Shown in pieces: positions 45,052 through 53,516 of a DNA stretch of 53,516 nucleotides; the first letter of the stretch is position 1; each line of letters opens with the position of its first letter. The position numbers and the translations under genes were made by a program. Below the pieces are notes generated by a model. It searched no databases. It had not been told where the DNA came from and was given only the letters and a program-made list of their open reading frames with translations. This DNA comes from a virus (taxonomy: Duplodnaviria > Caudoviricetes), in the IMG/VR virus record IMGVR_UViG_3300037840_000123, positions 1 through 53,516 of that record; one strand, given 5' to 3'.

Positions 45052-47864
45052 CAGACGACTCCTAAAGTTTCCCGGCAGCGTTTCTTCATCGCCGCGCTGC
45101 CCGAACCACGAAAGATGTTGGCGAGGTCGCCCTTCAACCATTGCGTCGTATCAGGCTGTACGCGGAGCTTCGATAGCGCCGACGATGAGCGATCCTTGTC
45201 CATGACGTTCGCGGTGAACGACATGATGTTCGGGGGAGGATACTGGGAAGCGGCGACGACGGCCAGCATGGAGCTTATAAGGATATCATCATGGCCGTAT
45301 TCGACCTCCCAACGCAGGCCGCCGGACAGAGTGCAGAGATCCATCTGGCGGATCAGTTCCTCGTCCTTGGGACGGAGGCCGCCGGGGAGGTTCTTCATCC
45401 CGTCGCGGAGTTTTCCACGGAAGGTCGAGAAGAGGAGATCGCGGGTGCGGGAAGTGGTTTCCCAGCCTTGGGACTTGGAGCGGGCAGCGGAAGCCACCTT
45501 GTCGTCCTTACCCTTCCAGATGTAAATATTCGGATAGAAATATTTATCGCGGAGAGTGTTGTTGCACCATAGGCCGAGATTGCCGGTGAGTTCAACAATC
45601 ACCATCGCATTGTTGTACCAGCGGCCTATCTTGTCCACGTTCTCGGCCAGTTCAGGAATGGAGATTTGGTTGGAGGCGAAGCGGGCCGCGATATCTCCGG
45701 TGGAGCCGTTATAGACGGTGATAGCCTGAAAGTCTCCGGATTCGATGCCACGGGAGCAATCGACGCCTACATAGTACCAGGCGCGCTCAATGGGGAGTTC
45801 CCAGATCAGAGTGGGGTAGGTGGCGCGGGATTCTTCAAGGACGATCTTGCCGCCGGAGCGGGCCAGCTTTCCCTTATTGATCGGGGGGGCTTTGGTCGAG
45901 ACCGCGTAGTTGATTTCCTGCGGGGTGAAGGCAGGGTCGCCGGTGGCGATGAAAGCTACCTCAGGCGTGTTGTGAGAGAGAAGTCCGTTTGCACAAAAAG
46001 CGTGCATATCTTCGATGGTTACATCAAATACTTCCTGCTCTCCTGCACGCTCTATACTCACCACTTCGTCTAGATATTCAATCTTGGCGCGGCGGGTATG
46101 GTTTGTCCATCGCGGCTGATAACCCTTACGGCAATTCTTCCGCTCGCTGATGAATCCGATCTCTCGATTGAAAATTATAGACTCCTCTGTTCGAAGATCA
46201 AGAGTGTTGGCCATTCCTTTATTTTTTGTCTTTCTACTCTTGACTCGGCTGGTGATTCCAAACCCCAACAGGAGAAACTGAACGTCTCGCAGAAATTCAG
46301 GATACTTGGAAAATAATGACACTCGTGGCTGCCCGTATCCATTGAATCCATCGGACTCAAACAGTCCGCGCAGAAATTCACGCACTACTTCACGAGGAGA
46401 CCGCCAGATACAGGGAGGAACACACACTTTACGAATCGTCCTATCGTGACCTCTCTGCTCTCTCAGAATACCTAGATGATTAGCGTACTCCCTAAATCCG
46501 GTTCGGGTCACTCTCACATCCGAACATCCCTTTTTACTCCCAGTCTTGCGGGTCTGGTGCGCTCCAAAAAATTGATCAAACAGAAACTCAACATCTCTAA
46601 CCACATCCTGATCAAGACCGCAGCACGCAATAGAAATCACATTGCAAGAGTAGGAACCGTCTCCCATGAAGTATCCGAGAAACCTCCCTAACTCTGGAGA
46701 TACCGTGATTGAATGTTCCGACATCACCATGTCACACCAATGAACCACATCGTACTGGCGAGAGAAGGTAGGACGAGCGAGTCTGATCTTCTTGCCCACT
46801 GAATCACATAACCGGAGAAGATTTCCGTTCTCATCAATCATCGGGTGATTTCCGGTTCCGATGATTTCTCGTCCAGCTGCGGTGGTCGCCTTGACTACTT
46901 CGTGGACTCCCTGAGAGCTGTAGTATTTTATTTTTCCGCTCTCGGTGGTGTAGTTGGCGCGAGCTTCCCGAATTGGAATGATGCCAAACTCTTCGGTGGA
47001 AATGCGGGTGTCTCCGACTAGGCACCAGGGATATTCCTGCGCGAACTTCTGGTCTGAGCCGTCGCATTCGCCTTCGAGCACCATTCGCATCCATGCGACC
47101 TGAGCGCGAGTGCAGGAGAAGGGCTTGGCCATGAGTTCGCGTTCCAGGTCGGATGCGGGAGCGTCTTCGGCTTCGAGTTCATCGCGGACGCAGGCCGGGT
47201 CTTGCAGCCAGGAGAGGAAAATTGGAGTGAAGCCGTTCCATTTCGGGGGGCGGGTGTTGGCACGCACCCAGAATTCATAGAAGGTCTGGCCAATACCGGT
47301 GCGGCCGAAGGCGGTGGATTCCAGGATTACGGCGGTGTCAGGCGCCTTGCTAACTGCCGGAAGCATTCCAAGAAAAGAATCAGCTCCAGGATATTGCGCA
47401 GCCTCCGAAAGATGAAGAAAGGTGAGAGTCAATCCACGACCGCCGCCAACACTTCCAGCAGTCGCAATGTCCAGATGGGAATCACCAGCCGCGTGATTGA
47501 AAATGATCTGGCTGGCGCGGACATCGCAGCATTTAGTCTTCTGGTTGAGTTCGAGCGCAAGGTCTCTGGGGACACGGAATAGTCCTTTCTGGCTGACATC
47601 TTTCAAATGGGCGACGATCAACGCGTGGGCTTGGGCGCGGGCGAGGCAGTGGCAGAAGGCCAAGGCGTCGAAGTAGGAGGACATACCGACGCGGCGCGAC
47701 TTGAGGACAATATTGCGTATCCATTTATTTTTCTCGTAGGCACGCCGGGTCAGATCATGTGCCTTGGCTTGGTTGGGATTGAAGATGAACGGGACGGAGA
47801 TATTTTTTTCCCGATCTTTTATTGAAAGCTTTTGTAGCAGCGCTCTCGACCTATCCAAGTTCAC
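45051..47864 (-). CDS. terL: terminase large subunit (contains intein)
   Basis: NPNQ; VLKSRRVGMSS (Walker A); LHLSEAA (Walker B); ILESTA; QEYP; YYVGVDCSRG; HDD. Confidence 0.95.
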   Translation of the reverse strand: MNLDRSRALLQKLSIKDREKNISVPFIFNPNQAKAHDLTRRAYEKNKWIRNIVLKSRRVGMSSYFDALAFCHCLARAQAHALIVAHLKDVSQKGLFRVPRDLALELNQKTKCCDVRASQIIFNHAAGDSHLDIATAGSVGGGRGLTLTFLHLSEAAQYPGADSFLGMLPAVSKAPDTAVILESTAFGRTGIGQTFYEFWVRANTRPPKWNGFTPIFLSWLQDPACVRDELEAEDAPASDLERELMAKPFSCTRAQVAWMRMVLEGECDGSDQKFAQEYPWCLVGDTRISTEEFGIIPIREARANYTTESGKIKYYSSQGVHEVVKATTAAGREIIGTGNHPMIDENGNLLRLCDSVGKKIRLARPTFSRQYDVVHWCDMVMSEHSITVSPELGRFLGYFMGDGSYSCNVISIACCGLDQDVVRDVEFLFDQFFGAHQTRKTGSKKGCSDVRVTRTGFREYANHLGILREQRGHDRTIRKVCVPPCIWRSPREVVREFLRGLFESDGFNGYGQPRVSLFSKYPEFLRDVQFLLLGFGITSRVKSRKTKNKGMANTLDLRTEESIIFNREIGFISERKNCRKGYQPRWTNHTRRAKIEYLDEVVSIERAGEQEVFDVTIEDMHAFCANGLLSHNTPEVAFIATGDPAFTPQEINYAVSTKAPPINKGKLARSGGKIVLEESRATYPTLIWELPIERAWYYVGVDCSRGIESGDFQAITVYNGSTGDIAARFASNQISIPELAENVDKIGRWYNNAMVIVELTGNLGLWCNNTLRDKYFYPNIYIWKGKDDKVASAARSKSQGWETTSRTRDLLFSTFRGKLRDGMKNLPGGLRPKDEELIRQMDLCTLSGGLRWEVEYGHDDILISSMLAVVAASQYPPPNIMSFTANVMDKDRSSSALSKLRVQPDTTQWLKGDLANIFRGSGSAAMKKRCRETLGVV
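45969..47024 (-). mobile_element. 352-aa intein with LAGLIDADG endonuclease
   Basis: W/CLVGDTRI start; TGNHP; LGYFMGDG; FLRGLFESDG; VFDVTI...SHN/T end. Confidence 0.93.
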
Positions 47865-47912
47865 GTGTCCTCCGAAAACGAACCCGTGCCGTTGATGGAT
47901 TGGTAGATAACA

Positions 47913-48500
47913 TTAGTGCCTCGACAATCCAGAGACCGTCCTCGCCAACTGATAGCCATGCGTGTAACAGAGCATCGAGCAGCACACGGCCGGTTCGGAG
48001 ACACGCACGCCGTCCTTGATAATAAATGCCCCATCGTCGCGGAATACCCATTTACCATCGGGAATCTGGCCACGGCACTGGGCAACGACTGATTTCGCCA
48101 CCTTGGATTTGTGGAGCTGGGCCCAGCAGGTGAGCATCCGGGGAGCGGTGGTCTGCCGGCGGAGCACGATCTGCGAGGCGGATTCATAGGCGCGCTTGAA
48201 GTCGGATAGACAGGCGAGCGCCCGCGCCAATGGAGAATGCTCCCAGTCGATGTCGTGGTAAGTCGCGTCTTTGGTCACCTTGCCGTGGGGGATCAGGTGG
48301 GAGGCGCGGGACTTGCGGGGGCGTGCGTTGGGACGGGGGGTGGAGAGGGCGACGGAGACTTTCTCGTCCTCGCTCAGCACCACGTCGGCGACAGGAGACT
48401 TAGTGGTTATCGGTTCCGCTCCAGCCTCGTCTAATTGTTCAACGGCCTTGCGTTCTCGCGCTTCGGCCTCGGCGATTGCGGAATCGATGATGTCAGCCAT
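47913..48500 (-). CDS. hypothetical protein upstream of terL
   Basis: GAGGAG RBS; 195 aa. Confidence 0.7.
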   Translation of the reverse strand: MADIIDSAIAEAEARERKAVEQLDEAGAEPITTKSPVADVVLSEDEKVSVALSTPRPNARPRKSRASHLIPHGKVTKDATYHDIDWEHSPLARALACLSDFKRAYESASQIVLRRQTTAPRMLTCWAQLHKSKVAKSVVAQCRGQIPDGKWVFRDDGAFIIKDGVRVSEPAVCCSMLCYTHGYQLARTVSGLSRH

Positions 48501-48669
48501 GCGACTCCTCTACGGCAGGATTCTTGTCTGGGTATTCCAAGAATTTCTGCTCGCCACATTTGGTGCAGTAGAGAGAGCGTACATAACTAACCCCCTGCCT
48601 GCCTTCTGATTCAGCCACAACAAAATTGTGGCCAGCTTGTTTACAGTGTATCTGTCCGACTTCATTCAT
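48493..48669 (-). CDS. 58-aa zinc-binding protein
   Basis: HCKQAGH...YCTKCGE; AGGAG upstream. Confidence 0.55.
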   Translation of the reverse strand: MNEVGQIHCKQAGHNFVVAESEGRQGVSYVRSLYCTKCGEQKFLEYPDKNPAVEESHG

Positions 48670-48774
48670 ACGCTCACACTCCTTCTTCCACGATAAAATT
48701 ACAAAACAGGTAGCGCGTTCGGACTTCGCAGGCGATGATCGGATAGAACAGTTCCGGATTACCCCATTGTTTCA

Positions 48775-49035
48775 TCACGCACTCACCCGCCTTCTTCCCA
48801 TATCGAACATCTTCGGTCGCTGGGCCATCTCACGCTCTTTCGCCGAGGCTTCCTGCACCTTTTTCACCTGGTTCGCCCAGCGCGCATGGTCAACCGTGCG
48901 GGGACGGGAGACCGCCCAAAGGAGATGGCAGGTGGCGCAGGTGAACATGTAGGATTCGTCGGTTTCTCCGAGAAGGCGGAGCTGGGAGCGGGGACATTTC
49001 CCTTCTCGAAAGTTGGGGCATCGGGGAAGATTCAC
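48775..49035 (-). CDS. zinc-ribbon hypothetical protein
   Basis: CPN...CP...CATC; GGAG RBS. Confidence 0.6.
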   Translation of the reverse strand: MNLPRCPNFREGKCPRSQLRLLGETDESYMFTCATCHLLWAVSRPRTVDHARWANQVKKVQEASAKEREMAQRPKMFDMGRRRVSA

Positions 49036-49188
49036 GTCCGTTTACTCCCGCGAACCTGATTACGCATCGGATGCCTCTTCTCGTCGTCCTTCTGCCACTT
49101 TCGCATGTTGTTAAGTTCCACGCGATCTTCAGCGGGAGTCTGATTGGGGTCTCCGATGTGGCGACGAGGAGAAGTCTTTTTGGGATGA

Positions 49189-49338
49189 TTAGGCATTGTC
49201 GGGGTCCCTGAGATCGTCGAACACCCGGCGATTGACTTCCTCCACTTCCTTCTTGGGGTGATCGGGATCGTCGAGCACGATACGACCGGATTCGATGTCG
49301 ATCGGGTCGGGCAATCTGTCTGAAGGCGGCTTGGTCAT
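49189..49338 (-). CDS. small acidic protein
   Basis: GAGGA RBS; MTKPPSDRLPDP. Confidence 0.45.
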   Translation of the reverse strand: MTKPPSDRLPDPIDIESGRIVLDDPDHPKKEVEEVNRRVFDDLRDPDNA

Positions 49339-49486
49339 TTCTGTTTCCTCTCCGTCATCGAGCGGTCGTCGGTCGCCAAGGCCCGGCAGTCCCGGTTGGG
49401 GCATCTCTCGGGAGGAGTGTCCCCGCGCGGAAGCCAACGCCAGTCGCAGCAGGTGCAGCGCCAGGCGCAGGTGGTGATGGATACAA

Positions 49487-49705
49487 TCATAGTCCAGCGT
49501 GCCCCGCATCCGATAGCATCCGTTTTAATTCTTCTTCGTAGAGCGCTTGGGATTCACGCCATGATACTTCGATGTGGGACACGAGGTCGGCTTCAGAGAC
49601 CAGGCGCCATAGCCATAGGGGAACCCAGTCTCGCTTGGTGAATAGTCGGCGAGGGTGACGCTCGATCATTACTGACTGGGAGTAGGGGAGGTGGTCGCGT
49701 TCCAT
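49487..49705 (-). CDS. hypothetical protein
   Basis: AGGAG RBS; 72 aa. Confidence 0.55.
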   Translation of the reverse strand: MERDHLPYSQSVMIERHPRRLFTKRDWVPLWLWRLVSEADLVSHIEVSWRESQALYEEELKRMLSDAGHAGL

Positions 49706-49765
49706 GAGATAAGGGTCTCCTGCTACGAGAGGTATAACACGAGATGGCAGAGTGCGCCAAGGGAA

Positions 49766-50341
49766 TTATTTCTCCTCGGGCCGCCGCATCACGAACAGGA
49801 CGTCATCCTCCAGTTCCCCGACGCGCATCAACTCCTTCGGCCACGGCTGCGGGGACTCCTCGACCAGCCGGCGGTGCCCGGACTCGGGCGGCTGCAAATC
49901 TTCAATCACGTAGTAGCCGCCAGGAGCCAAGGACCAGCCAAGGACGGACAGCGACAGGAGTTGGTGGGCCAGGAGATGGGATCCGTCATCGACGATGAGG
50001 TCGCAGGGTCTTACTTCGACCGCGATACGCTCCAGATCGATCCGCTGTGACTGGTCGCAGTAGTAACACCTGATGCGCGACGACGAAAGGAAGGAGGATT
50101 CGTTGATGTCCACCCCGATGATTTCAGTGGAGGGGAAATAATCCGCCCACATCCGCAGCGAGGCGCCGTCGTCTATGCCGATGCCGATCTCCAGTACCCG
50201 CTTCACTGACTCGCGTCGGTCACTGAACAGGGAGTGGTAAGTGGGAGTGTAGTTGTGCCCGACGGGGGCGTGGTGGCAGGGGACGGCGGAACATTTATCG
50301 GCGCGATAGCGGATGGCCAGATTGCAGAGGGGAGTGGTCAT
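49766..50341 (-). CDS. class I SAM-dependent (sugar O-type) methyltransferase
   Basis: VLEIGIG..GASLRMWADYFP; GVDI; DLIVDDGSH; LAPGGYYVIED. Confidence 0.85.
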   Translation of the reverse strand: MTTPLCNLAIRYRADKCSAVPCHHAPVGHNYTPTYHSLFSDRRESVKRVLEIGIGIDDGASLRMWADYFPSTEIIGVDINESSFLSSSRIRCYYCDQSQRIDLERIAVEVRPCDLIVDDGSHLLAHQLLSLSVLGWSLAPGGYYVIEDLQPPESGHRRLVEESPQPWPKELMRVGELEDDVLFVMRRPEEK

Positions 50342-50757
50342 TGGAGAACACGTTTCCTTTCCCGCTCAAGAGAGCAATGCTCAGAGTGGGTTAGTAGCTG
50401 CATGTGATCTGGATTCTGACACAATTTATTTCGACACTTATGGTCTATCTCAAGGCCGGGAGGTATCAACCCGCGCCTAGATTCGTAGGCAAACCTGTGG
50501 GCAAACACCTTTCGCTGGCCAACGCTAAACTTTCCATACCCTCCGCGTTTGTACCGCTGGCCTCTCCATGCCCAGCACTCAGATTTAGAGAGAACAGCTA
50601 CCTTGCTCCAGAATCTAACCTCTGGAGATGGCCGGGGATGAATATAGAACTGCCGTTGGCACTCATGAGAACAGTAGGTAGTAGCTCTCCAACGTTCGAT
50701 TGGGAATGAACATACACGGCACAACCCCTTCGTAATTTTCCGATGAGAGCGAAGCAC
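50338..50757 (-). CDS. HNH endonuclease (HNH_3-like)
   Basis: RFWSKV..CWAW.G..GYGKF..AHRFAY..IDHKCRNKLCQNPDH. Confidence 0.9.
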   Translation of the reverse strand: MLRSHRKITKGLCRVCSFPIERWRATTYCSHECQRQFYIHPRPSPEVRFWSKVAVLSKSECWAWRGQRYKRGGYGKFSVGQRKVFAHRFAYESRRGLIPPGLEIDHKCRNKLCQNPDHMQLLTHSEHCSLERERKRVLQ

Positions 50758-50762
50758 GCCAA

Positions 50763-50790
50763 AGTGTAGCACCCCATTAAGAAAAGTCAA
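50763..50790 (-). promoter_or_regulatory. leftward (late-arm) promoter
   Basis: TTGACT-16 nt-TACACT with extended -10 TG. Confidence 0.55.
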
Positions 50791-51013
50791 GTGGGCTTTT
50801 ATACCAAACTAAAACAGGGTAGGAGTTTATAGGAGCGTTCCTCGCGCGCAACGTTGGTCGGACGCTCGCTTCCTCGACCATCCCCTCGCGTTTTCGCGCA
50901 TGGGTGGGTAACGTCCCTGGGAGGATTACATTGATGCGCGTCTATATAAAGGAGGTGGCACACGTCGGCGGGCCGGCGCCATCGGGTATAGCTCGGAGTG
51001 ATAGCGGTACTGG

Positions 51014-51220
51014 TCAGAATAGCTGTCGCGTGGGAGGGAAGGAGGCCGGCGTGGGCGGTGAGGATGTTTCCTTCGCCTCACGCCGGCGCGCGACGTTAGC
51101 CATGAAAGCCGCGTGAGCTTCAGCGGCAGGGACGCGACCTTGCTTACGGATGGACGCGTGCGCGTGGAGTGCTCCCTTGCGTGCGCGAGCTTTCCTCGCT
51201 GTTTCTCGCGTAAACAACAT
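51014..51220 (-). CDS. small basic hypothetical protein
   Basis: MLFTRETARKARARKG...; weak RBS. Confidence 0.4.
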   Translation of the reverse strand: MLFTRETARKARARKGALHAHASIRKQGRVPAAEAHAAFMANVARRREAKETSSPPTPASFPPTRQLF

Positions 51221-51256
51221 GCGCCCATGCTACGCCAGCCTGTGCAAATCTGCACG

Positions 51257-51297
51257 ATATTGAAAATGAATTTCAATTTCAATATAAGTTGTTGATT
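51257..51297. promoter_or_regulatory. 14-bp imperfect palindrome plus IHF consensus site
   Basis: ATATTGAAAATGAA-T-TTCAATTTCAATAT; TAAGTTGTTGATT fits YAANNNNTTGATW. Confidence 0.55.
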
Positions 51298-51316
51298 CAA
51301 TGGTTAATAAACACCA

Positions 51317-51345
51317 TTGACAAACATCATCATAATCATCATAAT
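51317..51345 (+). promoter_or_regulatory. rightward early promoter overlapped by tandem CATCATAAT repeats
   Basis: TTGACA-17 nt-CATAAT. Confidence 0.75.
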
Positions 51346-51351
51346 CATCAC

Positions 51352-51462
51352 ATGAAGCGTACTCACCCATGCAAGTGCAAGCGATGCGGGCACGACTGGA
51401 AGGCCAGTAAGACAGAGCCGAAGTCGTGTCCGGCCTGTAAGCGGTATGACTGGAATAAATAA
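51352..51462 (+). CDS. 36-aa zinc-ribbon protein (probably leaderless)
   Basis: MKRTHPCKCKRCGHDW...PKSCPACKRYDWNK. Confidence 0.7.
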   Translation: MKRTHPCKCKRCGHDWKASKTEPKSCPACKRYDWNK

Positions 51463-51483
51463 TCTGGGATGGAGGGTATGAGG

Positions 51484-51810
51484 ATGACGCAGCACACAAT
51501 CAAGATGTACGGCGAGATTAGCGGACCTATATGGATGCCCGCTGTGGATTGCACCAAGGAATTCAATGTCAAGCTAGTACGCATTCCGCGCAATGCTGAC
51601 ACGCGAGTCGCACACTCACATGGTTGGCCGATGGAAATTTCAGTTCTTCGGGATGCCCTGCTCACCATCACTAACGATGGAGACTTTCAGAACGCCTCTA
51701 TTACGTGGGCTGTGCTCGAAGTATCACAGCGCAAGGGCAACAAGACGATCACGCGGACGTGGGAACTGCGAGGCAAAGGCGAGAACGCGGATTGCTTCGC
51801 GCAAGCCTAG
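51484..51810 (+). CDS. hypothetical protein
   Basis: GGAGG upstream; start 51478 or 51484. Confidence 0.65.
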   Translation: MTQHTIKMYGEISGPIWMPAVDCTKEFNVKLVRIPRNADTRVAHSHGWPMEISVLRDALLTITNDGDFQNASITWAVLEVSQRKGNKTITRTWELRGKGENADCFAQA

Positions 51811-51878
51811 GAAACTCTCTTGCTCTGCTTCCGGCCTCGCAGCTTGGAGCGGAGTTGGATGGTTTCAAGGGAGGGAAT

Positions 51879-52142
51879 ATGCGACAAGTTTCTAGATGGC
51901 TTTGGACTTCAAACGCACACCCGATACCAAATCACGGATTCTCGTTTTCGCAACCAGTAAGCGCCATCAAGGCCAGGCAACTAATCCGCCAGGTTTGGGT
52001 AGACAATGGACCGGCTCGCCGTATGCCATCCGGCTTCAAACTGTCCGCCCCTGTCACGCAACTGCTGCGAACAGAGTCTAATGGTCCATCTATAAAGACC
52101 GTAGATGGTATTGACATTCTCCCGTTCAAGGTGATGCGCTAA
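51879..52142 (+). CDS. hypothetical protein
   Basis: GGAGG RBS; stem-loop at 51811-51866 upstream. Confidence 0.6.
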   Translation: MRQVSRWLWTSNAHPIPNHGFSFSQPVSAIKARQLIRQVWVDNGPARRMPSGFKLSAPVTQLLRTESNGPSIKTVDGIDILPFKVMR

Positions 52143-52291
52143 TGGATTCTCAAATCACATTCCGCATCGACCAGGCGACCAGGGACAGGATTCAGGAGCT
52201 AGCCGATGCGCGCAAGTGGACTTTTAGTCAGATGGCGAGGGAGTTGTTAGAACAGGCGCTGGCGCAATTCATGGAGGAGGCAAGGCGATGA
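52142..52291 (+). CDS. ribbon-helix-helix (CopG/Arc-like) regulator
   Basis: MDSQITFRIDQATRDRIQELADARKWTFSQMARELLEQAL. Confidence 0.8.
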   Translation: MDSQITFRIDQATRDRIQELADARKWTFSQMARELLEQALAQFMEEARR

Positions 52292-52509
52292 CGTACACAA
52301 ATAAGGGAGAATTATCTGATCTAAATCTCACCAATAATCAGTGGCATTACGTTGAGAACGCCAGCAACGGCGGTCTTAGATTTTCTCTATCAGAAGCTGG
52401 CGAACGTGGCGAGGATGATTTTTACGAAGCGATCCGGCAAGAGTTGGCAAAACGGAGCAATGCGCCGCACTTCGTGAGCGAAGCGAAAAGCGGGGAGGTG
52501 GGAGGGTGA
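52288..52509 (+). CDS. hypothetical protein
   Basis: GGAGG RBS; ATGA coupling. Confidence 0.6.
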   Translation: MTYTNKGELSDLNLTNNQWHYVENASNGGLRFSLSEAGERGEDDFYEAIRQELAKRSNAPHFVSEAKSGEVGG

Positions 52510-52724
52510 CATTCGAACAGGCAATGACGAAGCTAGAATCCGACCGCAAGGCCATCGAGCAGGCGCTAAGCGGATTGGAAACCGTCAAGGGGTTGCACAC
52601 GATGGGCGAAGGACGACAGAGCCGTAAACCTATTCGCTTCGGTGCGCTGCAACCTTCGTAAGCAGATGCAGCAGTAACGTCCGGGCACGCGGCGAGGTTC
52701 GGGGCCGCTGGGGAGGATACGACA

Positions 52725-52943
52725 ATGAGCAAGAAACATTTTATCGCACTTGCAGATGCTATCCGGTCGCACAATGAATACGCTGTGCGTGATGCCAACA
52801 CTACACCGTTTACTCACGAGCAGATGATTACCCTCGCGGAGTTCTGCCGCGATCAGAACGGCAGATTCAACCGCGAACGCTGGCTCGGCTACATCGCTGG
52901 TACTAATGGCAAGAACGGCGGCGCAATCAAGAAGGCCGCATAG
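52725..52943 (+). CDS. conserved small phage early protein
   Basis: MSKKHFIALADAI...LAEFC..QNGRFNRERWL. Confidence 0.75.
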   Translation: MSKKHFIALADAIRSHNEYAVRDANTTPFTHEQMITLAEFCRDQNGRFNRERWLGYIAGTNGKNGGAIKKAA

Positions 52944-52974
52944 GGCTAAGATGCGCTCGGGGAGGGCGCGGGAG

Positions 52975-53516
52975 ATGACGCAGGCCACGGCAACATTCGA
53001 CATCAAGAAGTTCAACGTAAAGGAATTCGACCGCATCCTTGCTTGTGGTCTCAGCCACGGCCTAGGTAAACGCGACGGCCAAGTGTGTATCGAAGCGGCC
53101 ATCTGTCAGGTCATGGGATTGCCGCATGGGGATGATCCGGGATGTGTGGCGGAATCGGTCAGGCGGTACAAGATTCGGCTGAATGACGGCAATTGGAGTT
53201 CGCCGCAAGCGCGGGCTGAGGGATTGCACGATCTAGGACTGGCGCAGCTGGGGAGCAAGGGCGTGGTCAAGGATGAGGAGTTCGCCGCGAAAATGGCCGA
53301 GAAGACGATTCGCGTGCTGATTCCGGCGCTGTTTCGGGATGTGCTCGGGGATAAGCCGGATTGTCTAGAAGCGGCGAAACGATGCGAGGATGAAGGGACA
53401 AGGGAGGCAGTTTTGGCTGCGAGGCATGTGGCGAGATACGCCGCCGCCAACGCCGCCGCCGCCGCCAACGCCGCCGCCTACGCCGCCGCCGCCAACGCCG
53501 CCGCCGCCGCCAACGC
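52975..53516 (+). CDS. 5' part of the Ala-rich repeat protein (continues at 1-261)
   Basis: MTQATATFDIKK...CIEAAICQVMGLPHGDDPGCV...IRLND...; open to the window end. Confidence 0.8.
   Translation, partial: MTQATATFDIKKFNVKEFDRILACGLSHGLGKRDGQVCIEAAICQVMGLPHGDDPGCVAESVRRYKIRLNDGNWSSPQARAEGLHDLGLAQLGSKGVVKDEEFAAKMAEKTIRVLIPALFRDVLGDKPDCLEAAKRCEDEGTREAVLAARHVARYAAANAAAAANAAAYAAAANAAAAAN

Noticed and set aside
1-53516. Stop-codon reassignment
   Set aside because: Core genes are intact in the standard code and TAA, TAG and TGA all terminate coupled genes
1-53516. Host assignment
   Set aside because: GC content, the lipoprotein and the endolysin type are not diagnostic; spacer or homology searches would be needed

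Overview
The window looks like one complete, circularly assembled 53.5 kb dsDNA phage genome. The last 38 nt (53479-53516) repeat the first 38 nt, and one Ala-rich ORF runs across that junction. The layout is podovirus-like. A minus-strand late arm (about 17.2-50.8 kb) carries an intein-containing large terminase, portal, scaffold, major capsid, adaptor/nozzle-type tail proteins, candidate ejection proteins, fibre/spike-like proteins and an M15 endolysin; no tape-measure gene is visible. A plus-strand early arm (51.3 kb through the junction to 17.2 kb) carries many small ORFs, tRNA-Asp, a Mom-like enzyme, RusA, a Cas4/RecB-like exonuclease and a Bet-like annealase. One opposing AAA_25/RepA-like gene sits next to an iteron-rich putative origin. 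I recognised no integrase, DNA polymerase or primase. The most unusual signals are: (1) four nearly consecutive fibre/spike-like late genes that all begin with apparent Sec signal peptides, in a late operon that also contains a glycosyltransferase; (2) early genes bounded by repeated RBS-containing junction sequences; (3) a non-canonical tRNA-Lys-like element and a multibranch RNA; (4) a RepA-like ATPase with degenerate Walker motifs; (5) a 10-bp duplication that splits a 607-codon gene; (6) apparently leaderless micro-ORFs at the promoters. All functional calls come from motif recognition by eye, not from database searches.
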